From NCBI RefSeq assembly GCF_009914755.1, contig NC_060936.1: 64,000 nt of DNA. One strand, written 5' to 3'. The stretch is from the human T2T-CHM13v2.0 reference genome, Homo sapiens. Both the position numbers and the translations under genes were made by a program. Positions within the stretch are counted from its first letter, which is position 1; the number at the start of each line of letters is the position of its first letter. The notes below the pieces were generated by a model. That model was given only the letters and a program-made list of their open reading frames with translations. It was not told where the DNA came from and did no database searches. This document shows positions 1 to 34,190 of the stretch, piece by piece.

Positions 1-438
<438 letters not shown>

Positions 439-912
439 TATGTTTCAATAAAGATGGCTAGAGAACATCAGAGGCACACTTCAGAAAGAGACAGGTATCT
501 TACTCATGAGTGAAAAAAAAAAAAAACCACAAACATTGTTTAGAGATGGAGGAGGCAATAACTGTATCCTGTCCAAGAATAGTAGCAACCACCACACCAA
601 GGCTTATCCAAAACAGGTAGAAAGTGGCAGAATTTCAATAAAGTACTAAAGATGAAGAATGCAAAATGAATCTCTGGCCAAAGGCAAAAAAAAAAAAAAT
701 GAGAGGAGCTGGATATGAGGGGTCTCCATTTGGTTGTCGATACCAGGAGACAGTACCCACTACCCGAAATGATGAAATTGTAAGGCTTTCATCCTCAGAG
801 AAGTCAGAGAAGGTTAAGCCAACTGAATACATGAGTGAAATAAACATGAATTTTAGATACCACCAATCTAGATCAAATCTCACTTCAGCCTAACTTCAAT
901 TTGCTACAGGCT

Positions 913-1506
913 TTAGAGAGGCTGCACTTTATTGCCAGGTCTTGGAGCCTGAGCACTACCTCCTGCCTCAGCGTGGTCGCTGACCCTTCTTCTGGGAGGT
1001 TTCCACTTTCTAGACAAGCAGACAAAGCTTGTGAAATAATCAAAGCAGTGATGCCAAGGATGTCATGGCAGAAGGCCTGGGTTCCTGAGTCACTGAGAGC
1101 TCAGAGGGCTGGATTTGACATTCCTGATGCATTACACAGGCACATTCATCCTGCTGACACTGTAATCTGTCCTCATTGGGAAAGTTAGGATCATCTTCCT
1201 GGGCACTGAATAGGGTCAGCTTTTAATCTGGTCTCTTCACTTTGTAGTGGGACAAAAGGTGTTGGAAGAATTAGGGGAGAGGGTGCAGTGGGCCTCTACT
1301 TTCTCCTTCCTCTTGCTCGTTCTCATTTTCTTTGTCCTTACAATCTTCCTAAAATGCCTATGCTTTTTTGGAAGTTGATCTAGCTTTCTTTTCTGGACTG
1401 GAGGCACAGCAGGATATTGTGAAACCTCAGCCACATGACTCTTGGGTGTCTCCTCCAATGGCTCTGATAATGATTCCAAACTTCTCTTCAGAGGGTGAAC
1501 TTCCAT
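913..1506 (-). pseudogene. Frameshifted pseudogene-like ORF resembling C12orf77/LINC02909-family sequence
   Basis: ATG in a strong context (AGAATGG) at 1506, then consecutive frame pieces MEVHPLKRS...KRKEKVE / PTAPSPLILP... / [45 protein letters not shown] / [30 protein letters not shown]...*. The similarity to C12orf77 is recalled, not searched. Confidence 0.55.
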
Positions 1507-2192
1507 TCTCCCTTGGGTGGAATTTATCTTCCACATCTTGAGTATTTGGTGATGAACGTTCAAGTCTTTAGTGACATGTTTGGGAGACTGGAGATTCCTA
1601 AAGTCTGTCACTGAGGACTTTTTTTTTAAAACCTACTATGCTGATCCTAGCCAGCTTTGCAGAAACAAGGAATCACAACAAAAGGGACCAAAAGTCAAAT
1701 GATATTTTTAAAATGGTAGTTAGCACCCTGACTGTTTCCAATGACGTATCCTTAGCTATCACAGATACAGGAGATATACTCATTTCAGATTTCTCCCCTC
1801 GACTTATCTAAAGGCATTCAATGGCCTTCAGAAATAAAGTCCTCAAGTTGTTCTTAACCTAGGGAATCTCAGATTTCCTAGTATAGTATGGAAGAGCAGG
1901 CCTCAGTCTCTACAGTCCCTTTAAATTTTCCCAAAATCTAACATTCTAAAACTGTCTAAATTTATCCAGAGTATGTCTTTACTGTGTGTTTTTTTTTTAC
2001 ATTTAATGCCCACAAAATTTTCTTGTTTTAATATCAGCTACAGTTCTGCAAACACCAAAGCAAAATTCTTTCCCAAAATAATATAATTGAGACATGAATT
2101 TATAAATAAATAAAAGCCAGCTCTGGATTTAATGATACACTCATGGATGTGGCAAAAAGTAAATGGCGAAAATGTTTTAAAAGAGCATTTAA

Positions 2193-3758
<1,566 letters not shown>

Positions 3759-4013
3759 AATTTCAAATATTATTAAGATGGAACCAATCTTAAAAACAAG
3801 GTACACAATGGACCAAAAATAAAATGGAAACATAGAGTATCCAGGATTCTGGAACCTAAAACAGGTAGAGGCAGCTAAGTTCAGTAATAAGAACCAAAAA
3901 CGCCCTGGATGCGCAAGGTAACAAGAAGCCAGGCCCACTGTGAGAACTTAGTAAGCGGGGCAAGGCAACTATCCCTTGCAATGAATAGAAACTCTTTAAA
4001 AAGCTGTAAATCC

Positions 4014-5872
<1,859 letters not shown>

Positions 5873-5959
5873 TAATTATCAAACACTCACCATTAATGTT
5901 TAAGTAGCTACAACCAAACAGACCAACTAAAGGAAAACCAGCTACAACAAAACTATTTC

Positions 5960-6803
5960 TCTATTCACTATACTTCTGAACAAATGTTTGAGTTTTCCAC
6001 ACCAATTCTCTGCAGCCACCAACTGTATGTCCCACAATTTAATTGAATTCTGACACTATCTGGAATTAGCACAGACCTCACAGACTAAGGGATCAGTCCC
6101 TTAAGACTGCCCTCCCCTTCTAACACCAATAGCAAATAAAAGGTCCCCAGGTTACCCACACTTTTGTCTACTTTGGCTACATGTCGGGAACCCTCACAAC
6201 TCCCCTCCTCAGGTTTGATAATTTGCTATAGCAGCTCAAAGAACTCAGGGAAACATTTTACTTATGTTTACTCTAAAAGATATCTTAAAGGATACAAATA
6301 AACAGCCAGATGAAACAGTATGTAAGGGAAGGTCTGCAGGGCTCCCAAGCACAGGAGCTTCTGTCCCCATGAATTTAGAGATACATCACCCTCCCAGCAC
6401 ATGAATGCATTCGACAACCAGGAAGATCTCCAAAATCACTGTTTAAAGTTTTTACAGAGGTTCCATTATGTAAGCATGATTGACTAAGTCATTGGCCATT
6501 GGTGATTAACTCAATCTCTAGCCCCTCTCTATGCCTGAAGGTCAGAGGGTAGGGTCGAAAGTTCCATAGCCTTAATCTTGTGGCTAGTGTCTATGGCAAC
6601 AAGTCCCCAATCTGAAGCTATCTAGGGGCCCATCAATATCACCTTATTAGCATAAACTCAGGTATTGCCAAAAGGTACTTATTATGAATGACAAATGACA
6701 TTCCTTTCACCTCCATCACTCAAGGAATTCCAAGTTTTAGGAGCTCCATGCCAGAAACAAGAAAAAAGACCAAATATATATTTCTTATTATAACAATATT
6801 ACA
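5960..6803 (-). mobile_element. MER21-family LTR (ERVL class)
   Basis: The reverse complement begins TGTAATATTGTTATAATAAGAAATATATATTTGGTC...GGAGCTCCTAAAAC, like the MER21 consensus. Confidence 0.75.
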
Positions 6804-6871
6804 TCAATATTTGAAATTATGAAAAAAATACATAGTATTCCAAGTATTTACTTCAAATAAGAACAGATGTT

Positions 6872-8417
<1,546 letters not shown>

Positions 8418-8699
8418 CTATTTCATCTGCATCCCACCATAAAAACAAATTAGAAAGATTTTCACAAAAAGTTTGAAAAGCCATTTACTATATGCAGACC
8501 TTAAGAACAATGCTTTAAATACATTATGCAAGCCTTATACTAAATGGATAGACAAAGGGCTCTCACTAACCCTTTTCTACTATTAAGAGCTAAAAACGTA
8601 ACATATAGATAAAGCGAGAAGTTATCTTTGCAAATAACAAATACTATTTCATGAAAAAAAATTCATGTAAAGTAATTGAGGGGTTCCCAGGGAGTTTTC

Positions 8700-9330
8700 A
8701 TACTTGACCTCTTAGCTTATCACATACTCTTTAGGTAAATTCATTTACTCCCTTAATTTTCATTAACACCATTGCTGAAAATAATAAAACACTAACTTTA
8801 ATCCAGACCTTTGCTGAGTTTCCAATTCATATTTTCCTGTCCTGCCAAATATATCTAATTGAATGCCTTGAGAGCACCACAAAGTCAGCTTATTCAAAAC
8901 CAAATTCATTTATCTTTGCTCAAAGCTTTCACCCATCTACATTCTCCATCTCAGATTATAGAACCATCACACACTCATTTTGCCTAAATCCAAGGCATCA
9001 CTCTTACTTGTCTCTATTCCTTAACCTTCACATCCAATCACCAAGTTAATTCAACTGCCCACTTAAATTTTGAATCTATCCCCCTTTCTCCATCTCCTTG
9101 GCCACTACCTTAATTCATGTTGCAATCATCTCTCACCTGGACGATAAAAGAGACCTAATATAGCACTCTATACCTCTACATCCACATTTGTAGTTGTTTA
9201 CTAAGAAATCAAGCAATGGATTTCTCAAAGCATTGTAACCAAACCAAACTCTTCATTCATCTCAACACTTTACCATCCTAGGAAAAAGTTTACTTTCCTC
9301 ACTATGTTCTCCAGCTTAGTCAATAATATC
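8700..9330 (+). mobile_element. Degenerate L2 fragment
   Basis: L2-like motifs (CATCCAATCACCAAG, ATCATCTCTCACCTGGAC). Confidence 0.55.
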
Positions 9331-9350
9331 CTCATTTATCAAGAACTTCA

Positions 9351-10035
<685 letters not shown>

Positions 10036-10049
10036 TTTTTAAAACCTAA

Positions 10050-13370
<3,321 letters not shown>

Positions 13371-13799
13371 TTTTTCAAATCTATGAATTTCCTTTTCTCA
13401 AGAAAGAGAAAATCAAAAGAAAACTAAGAAAACCTCAGTGATCACTGCTGGAGTAGCTAGTGTACCAACTCTTATTCTAACACTTAGTAATCAATGAAAA
13501 ACAATTAAGTCTTTATCCTGCCTTCCAAGTATGCACTGAAATTTGGGATAACCAAATAGCCCTGGTTGATATCGAAAAGTTCTTTACAGAAAAAATTTCA
13601 GTTAATATATGTAGAAGCAATGAAAGATTTAGAAGATCATTTTGCAAATACTGCTGAAATCTAACCCAAATGACATCATAAAATCTTCTTTGAATGTTCT
13701 TACTCAAATAAGAAGTCTTTCCATCCTTTAAACTCGACTACGTCCCTTATTTATATTTCCTCTTGCAGCACTTACTCATAATACAAGGAAGAACAAAGT

Positions 13800-14110
13800 G
13801 GTGTCAGTGGTAGTTCGTTATGGTAATTACCATCAATGAATCAGGCCTATGTTTTCATGCCCTTGTAATTCTCTTATGTAATCCTCCCCTACATAAACTC
13901 TGGGCTGGCCATGAGACTTGCCTTGACTAATGGTAGTAGCAAATGAGACACAAGCAGAGACTTGAAAGGCGTCTGTCTGCACAATGGGATTTGTTCTCTT
14001 GTTGCTGGAAACTCCTCTGCCACCACATAAACCCAGACTAGCCTTAGACACATGTGGCCCAATGGATAAAACCAGCAATATGACTGAAGGTACCTTAGAT
14101 CATCCATTCT
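13800..14110. mobile_element. MLT1-type MaLR LTR remnant
   Basis: CTCTGGGCTGGCCATGAGACTTGCCTTGACTAATGG...CAAGCAGAGACTTGAAA motifs. Confidence 0.5.
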
Positions 14111-14119
14111 GTTTTCCAC

Positions 14120-16100
<1,981 letters not shown>

Positions 16101-16101
16101 G

Positions 16102-18525
<2,424 letters not shown>

Positions 18526-18680
18526 TTAGAATCTACTGGCCACAGATTCCCATTATAAAAGATATATAGAATCAGTTTCAAAGAAGTAGACCACAAAGTT
18601 CGTAAAATTAAAATCTATCCTGAATATAATCATTTTCTATAATGCAAAAATTGAGAGAGACGATCCAAATAGCAGATGAC

Positions 18681-19070
18681 TGTCATAACTTGGGTTCCCA
18701 AAGAAACAGACTCTGAGACTGAAATCTGCATACAAGAGGTTTATCGGGAAGTAATCTCAAGAACAACACCTGTGTGGGCATAGAGGAAAGCATGACTGGG
18801 TAGAGGGAGAAGTTGAACAGTACTGAACGGTAACACAATCCCAACAGCAACCTCAGTGAATCCTACTAAGAGTTCTGAAGTTGGGACAGTCCCTCATATA
18901 AGACCCTAATGAGGCAAAGCATATCTTCCACATTAATCATTAATTAAATGCAGGCTGCTTCCAGAAAGGAGACATAATCTTGGGTGCTTTCTTCTACAAG
19001 CTGCTATGACTCTAGGCAGCTAAAGGAAGGTGTCTCCACCCTGAATGGGGATCTAGGTGTCACACTACAA
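18681..19070. mobile_element. LTR16-like ERVL LTR remnant
   Basis: GGGTTCCC...CAGACTCTGAGA...AACACCTGTG...AGAGGGAGAAGTTGAAC motifs. Confidence 0.5.
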
Positions 19071-19110
19071 TAATGTGCCTTACTTGCCTTTGAAATATCA
19101 AAAAGGGCTA

Positions 19111-19623
<513 letters not shown>

Positions 19624-20870
19624 CTACAGTGAAAAATCTATAAAGCCCTGTCACAGAGCTCCCAAAGAGCACTGCCTTAATCCTGCAAAGCCTTCCAGTA
19701 AAAATGTCTCAGAGGCTGAGCGCCACATGACATTTTTCGTCTTGGATTTCTATGAAATTCTATCTTTTTTTATTGCAGAGTGTATCCTTATAACCATTAC
19801 TATCCTATTTGAGCTAACCCAATAGATTCTTTACTCCTAGAACCAAATGAACTTAATCAGAACCATTATCACTGTTACAGAGCCACGTTAAAGTTTATTT
19901 CTAGAAGAATGACCTATAAAAGATGTGTTTTATGGTGCCACAACTCCTAGAAGACACAATATTACCCCACCCCCAACCTTGGTTGACTAGACCAGCAATG
20001 GACACTTGACTCGGAGGAAACAACTCTATTGGCCATCCAGAGACCTATGCATGACGTGACATGAAAAGATGAGAACGTTTTAGATTCTTCTGTTGGGATT
20101 TTGGAAACAAGACACTGGGCCAGTTGGCTATGCAAAGTTAACATGAAAGCCATGTGGAATCATGTCAGATGGCCATCAAAATCCTGGCCATACTTAGTAA
20201 GCAGCAGTGAGAAGAACAGGCACAGAGAAGCGGAGACAAGAAGCCAGTGGTCCATCACAGAGTGTGAGACAGACAAAAGAGCTGCCTCTGTCCCTGACAC
20301 ATTCTAGGTCCTGCTCTCCAGAGACCCAACTAGGTATACAGTAATTCCAGATCTTGGATCACTATGAAACCTTATAATAAATCCCCCTTTCAACTTCAAA
20401 ATAATTTGAGGAGATCTGTAATCCTTGAAAATAAAGTTATTGGCTGGATGAGGTGGCTCACGACTGTAATCCCAGCACTCTGGGAGGCCGAGGCAGGCGG
20501 ATCACAAGGTCAGGAGATCATCCTGGCCAACAGGGTGAAACTCTGTCTCTACTAAAAATACAAAACTTTGCCAGATATGGTGGCGCATGCCTGTAGTCCC
20601 AGCTACTCGGGAGGCTGAGGCAAGAGAATCGCTTGAGGGGAGGAGCCAAGATGGCCGAATAGGAACAGCTCCGGTCTACAGCTCCCAGCGTGACCGACGC
20701 AGAAGACCGGTGATTTCTGCATTTCCATCTGAGGTACCGGGTTCATCTCACTAGGGAGTGCCAGACAGTGGGCGCAGGCCAGTGGGTGCGCGCACGGTGC
20801 GCGAGCCAAAGCACGGCAAGGCATTGCCTCACCTGGGAAGCTCAAGGGGTCAGGGAGTTCCCTTTCCGAG

Positions 20871-21086
20871 TCAAAGAAAGGGGTGACGGACGCACCTGGA
20901 AAATCGGGTCACTCCCACCCAAATATTGCGCTTTTCAGACCGGCTTAAAAAACGGCGCAACACGAGACTATATCCCACACCTGGCTCTGAGGGTCCTACG
21001 CCCACGGAATCTCGCTGATTGCTAGCACAGCAGTCTGTGATCAAACTGCAAGGCCGCAGCGAGGCTGGGGGAGGGGCGCCCGCCAT
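20871..21086 (-). CDS. L1 ORF0 (antisense, 71 aa), intact
   Basis: MAGAPPPASLRPCSLITDCCASNQRDSVGVGPSEPGVGYSLVLRRFLSRSEKRNIWVGVTRFSRCVRHPFL* matches primate L1 ORF0. Donors CAG|GTGTGG (after 20981) and CAG|GTGCGT (after 20896) are retained. Expression was not shown. Confidence 0.75.
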   Translation of the reverse strand: MAGAPPPASLRPCSLITDCCASNQRDSVGVGPSEPGVGYSLVLRRFLSRSEKRNIWVGVTRFSRCVRHPFL

Positions 21087-21541
21087 TGCCCAGGCTTGCT
21101 TAGGTAAACAAAGCAGCCAGGAAGCTCGAACTGGGTGGAGCCCACCACAGCTCAAGGAGGCCTGCCTGCCTCTGTAGGCTCCACCTCTGGGGGCAGGGCA
21201 CAGACAAACAAAAAGACAGCAGTAACCTCTGCAGACTTAAATGTCCCTGTCTGACAGCTTTGAAGGGAGCAGTGGTTCTCCCAGCACGCAGCTGGAGATC
21301 TGAGAACCGGCAGACTGCCTCTTCAAGTGGGTCCCTGACCCCTGACCCCCGAGCAGCCTAACTGGGAGGCATCCCCCAGCAGGGGCACACTGACACCTCA
21401 CACGGCAGGGTATTCCAACAGACCTGCAGCTGAGGGTCCTGTCTGTTAGAAGGAAAACTAACAAACAGAAAGGACATCCACACCAAAAACCAACCTGTAC
21501 ATCACCATCATCAAAGACCAAAAGTAGATAAAACCACAAAG

Positions 21542-22558
21542 ATGGGGAAAAAACAGAACAGAAAAACTGGAAGCTCTAAAAATCAGAGCGCCTCTCCTCC
21601 TCCAAAGGAACGCAGCTCCTCACCAGCAACAGAACAAAGCTGGATGGAGAATGACTTTGACGAGCTGAGAGAAGAAGGCTTCAGACGACCAAATTACTCT
21701 GAGCTACGGGAGGACATTCAAACCAAAGGCAAAGAAGTTGAAAACTTTGAAAAAAATTTAGAAGAATGTATAACTAGAATAACCAATACAGAGAAGTGCT
21801 TAAAGGAGCTGATGGAGCTGAAAACCAAGGCTCGAGAACTACGTGAAGAACGCAGAAGCCTCAGGAGCCGACGCGATCAACTGGAAGAAAGGGTGTCAGC
21901 AATGGAAGATGAAATGAATGAAATGAAGTGAGAAGGGAAGTTTAGAGAAAAAAGAATAAAAAGAAATGAGCAAAGCCTCCAAGAAATATGGGACTATGTG
22001 AAAAGACCAAATCTACATCTGATTGGTGTACCTGAAAGTGATGGGGAGAATGGAACCAAGTTGGAAAACACTCTGCAGGATATTATCCAGGAGAACTTCC
22101 CCAATCTAGCAAGGCAGGCCAACGTTCAGATTCAGGAAATACAGAGAACGCCACAAAGATACTCCTCGAGAAGAGCAACTCCAAGACACATAATTGTCAG
22201 ATTCACCAAAGTTGAAATGAAGGAAAAAATGTTAAGGGCAGCCAGAGAGAAAGGTCGGGTTATCCTCAAAGGGAAGCCCATCAGACTAACAGCGGATCTC
22301 TCGGCAGAAACCCTACAAGCCAGAAGAGAGTGGGGGCCAATATTCAACATTCTTAAAGAAAAGAATTTTCAACCCAAAATTTCATATCCAGCCAAGCTAA
22401 GCTTCATAAGTGAAGGAGAAATAAAATACTTTACAGACAAGCAAATGCTGAGAGATTTTGTCACCACCAGACCTGCCCTAAAAGAGCTCCTGAAGGAAGC
22501 GCTAAACATGGAAAGGAACAACCAGTACCAGCCATTGCAAAATCATGCCAAAATGTAA
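21542..22558 (+). pseudogene. L1 ORF1p (338 codons) with a single nonsense change, R130*
   Basis: MGKKQNRKTG... to ...QNHAKM in one frame. TGA at 21929-21931 replaces consensus CGA. The REKG, ARR and YPAKLS motifs are intact. Confidence 0.95.
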
Positions 22559-22594
22559 AGACCATCGAGACTAGGAAGAAACTGCATCAACTAA

Positions 22595-26449
<3,855 letters not shown>

Positions 26450-26959
26450 ACAATGAGATCACATGGACACAGGAAGGGGAATATCACACTCTGGGGACTG
26501 TGGTGGGGTTGGGGGAGGGGGGAGGGATAGCATTGGGAGATATACCTAATGCTAGATGACGAGTTAGTGGGTGCAGCGCACCAGCATGGCACATGTATAC
26601 ATATGTAACTAACCTGCACATTTTGCACATGTACCCTAAAACTTAAAGTATAATAAAAAAAAAGAAAAAAAAAAAAAAAAAGAATCGCTTGAATCCAGGA
26701 GGCAGAGGTTGCAGTGAGCCGAGATCACACCACTGTACTCCAGCCTGGCGACAGAGCAAGACTCTGTCTCAAAAAAAAAAAAAAAAAAAGAAAAAAAGAA
26801 AAGAAAGCTATTAGAAGATGGTCAGAGAATGACAGATTACATTAATGCATTTAATATTTCAATAATTTCCATGTAGTCTGTACTCCCTGTTTCTATTCCC
26901 TTACTTCCTAGTCATTCATTTCCCCCTGTGACTCTCTTGAAACTGAAATAGGTATGACC

Positions 26960-31940
<4,981 letters not shown>

Positions 31941-32007
31941 GAAAATTAAGTACTTAACTGTGAGAAACACTTCAAACTTTCCTACTAAAGAGTTAATGCA
32001 TTTAACA

Positions 32008-32233
32008 CAGTGATTCTCAACCAGAGGCAATTTTGCCCCTAGGGGACATTTGGTAAAATCTGGAGCTATTTTTGGTTGTCACAAGGGGGAAGGGATATAG
32101 GGGAATGCTACTGGCATCTAGTGGGGGTAGATGCCAGGGATGCTGCTAACATCTTACAAGGCACAGGGCAGCCTCCCACAACGCAGAATTATCCAGTCAC
32201 AAATGCCAATAGCGCCGACGTTAAGAAACTCAG
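32008..32233. mobile_element. MER20 (hAT-Charlie DNA transposon)
   Basis: CAGTGATTCTCAACC...GGGGACATTTGG...TGCTACTGGCATCTAGTGGG...GGGATGCTGCTAA...AGAAAC matches MER20. Confidence 0.85.
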
Positions 32234-33938
32234 TTGTCAACTGACTTATTCAGAAGTGATGATTCAATATCACATCTCTGCAATAACCACAATCAATTTC
32301 ACTTTTGTAGTTTCAACAGAAGCTTCTTTAACAGTTGATAGGTATGCACCAACATTAAAAATGATCTTCATATAATCTCGATGTTTAACTTTAAACCAAG
32401 ATTACTAGAAAGCATCCCATATTTCTGAAAACCAATCTATAACTACAGCTGAGCTACCCTTAAACCAGTAAACACTTTTATTTGTAAACTTCAAAGCAAA
32501 CCACAGGCAAACTAATTTTCACTTGCAGAACTATGACAGAAACACAATCTGAAACATGAGGTAATCAGTTCCTCCAGGTCTGATAAAAGAAAAATCTCCT
32601 AAAGCCTGAAAGTAAATCATGCACAGATGTCTTTACTGCTGAACTAAGGAAGTGATGGGGAAAGCAAAGGACATGCCCTTGTTACTGCCAAAATCATCGC
32701 TTACCGGGATTTCAAAATTCACAAAACACTGCAAAATACAATTAAATGTCAACACAGGTTGTCAGATAAAGAAGTTAACTATTTCTCCCTCTAATAACTG
32801 ACCAAGTTTCACATGACTTCATTCTTTCAGGAGAAAGCTAGGCAGAAGCAAGAGCACTCCCTTCCTATCTACTGGATGACTCAACTCTCTTCCGCACATT
32901 CCTCGGCTGAATCCTACAAATTCACTAATTTCTTTTGTCCTTTGAACTAGTTATCCTACTCCCTCGGTAAAGAACTAATAGGCTCGGCACCTACTTTTCA
33001 ATCATTTACATTTTGTTACACCCTATCAGCCTCAAAAAGAAAAGAAAAAAGCTATACCAAAAAAAAAAAACAAATTTAAGTTGACAGGTACAATAACTCT
33101 TACAGGAAAAGAGATGTGAATTATGTTATTCTAGTAACTGATTCTTAAATGATACACCTACAGTTTTCTAATGCTCTAATCTTTCTATCCTCAAGGTTTT
33201 CCAGATTTCAGAGACAGCACAGGCAGAAACTAAGTGTATATACCACTTGATCAAGCTTACTGCGGATTTATTCTTGGATAGCTAAAATAAGGTAGTGGGG
33301 CTTGCACAGAAAACATATTTTTAATTAAAAAAAAAGTTTCCAACAGTGAGTAACATCTTCCTTCTCGGCTGACTGTGCCAGTGTCAGTCCCACGCCTGGG
33401 CCCAGGCTAGGCCGGGGCTCACCACACCACCCTCCACTGTGGTCCAAAGGAGAAAGCAGGGCCGTGTGTGGCAGGTGCGCGTCGTGTCAAATTGGGGGGC
33501 ACGGGGAGTGCGGCGGGTGGGGAAAGGCGAAGCAAGCCGCCCGAATCTCCCATGGGGCGTTCTCCAGCCCGGCAGGCGGCGGCTGGCCCGTCCCACGGGC
33601 ACCAACTCTCCATTTTCACTCCCACTCAGGGTTCCCGGGAGGAACGCGCCGGCACCACACCCTCCAGCTCGCAGCCCGCTCGCACACACGGAGCCCCGCG
33701 CCGGAGCGGGCGCCAGGCCTGGACGCGCGGGGCCACCAGGGCTCTGCCTGCCGCCCCGCCGCGCCGGCCCCACCCGCCCTCCCCGCCCCCGGGCCGGGCG
33801 ACCGAGGCCTAAGCGCCTGCCGGGCTGTGGGGCCTAGGGAAGGAAGGAGCCCGCGCTGAGGAGGGGCGCCCGCGCCGCGGCCCCGAGCTCCGGCTGTCCC
33901 GCTCACGTGCTGCCAGAAAGACGGTTTCACTCTCTTAC

Positions 33939-33962
33939 CCTCTGTAAAATCCTCCTTAACAT
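33939..33962 (-). CDS. EEA1: EEA1 exon 1 coding part (MLRRILQR), followed by phase-0 intron 1
   Basis: The reverse complement reads TAA ACC ATG TTA AGG AGG ATT TTA CAG AGG|GTAAGA. There is an A at -3, an in-frame upstream stop and a consensus donor at 33938-33933. MLRRILQR is the recalled N-terminus of EEA1. The next exon (TPGRVGSQ...) was not seen in the window. Confidence 0.93.
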
Positions 33963-34190
33963 GGTTTAACCACCACCCGGCGCCGCCGCGGTGACTCTCC
34001 AGACCCTGCGCGGGGCCACTCACTACTCGGGGTGCGCGGGCGGGAGGGACTGGGCCGGGAGGGGACCGGGAAGGAGGTCGGGGCGAGGCGGTGGCGACGG
34101 CCGCTCGGGCGGCCCCGACTTCCCCACAGGCGGCGAGAGGGAGCACGCGAGAGAGAGCGAGCGAACGACTAGGCAGCCTGCGAGCGCCTC
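33939..34190 (-). other. EEA1: EEA1 exon 1 including GC-rich 5'UTR (5' end approximate)
   Basis: GC-rich leader with no upstream ATG between 33963 and about 34230, a pyrimidine-rich stretch near 34135-34165, and GC boxes and CCAAT just upstream. The TSS is inferred, not observed. Confidence 0.7.

Noticed and set aside
666-1188. Plus-strand ORFs 666-893 and 901-1188
   Set aside because: They have no recognisable homology and are best explained as the antisense of the minus-strand pseudogene-like segment.
20896-21086. In-frame ORF0-EEA1 exon 2 fusion protein
   Set aside because: The ORF0 donors are phase 1 and phase 2, while EEA1 intron 1 is phase 0.
32008-32233. MER20 as a decidual enhancer of EEA1
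   Set aside because: This rests on family-level association only; nothing in this copy's sequence supports activity.
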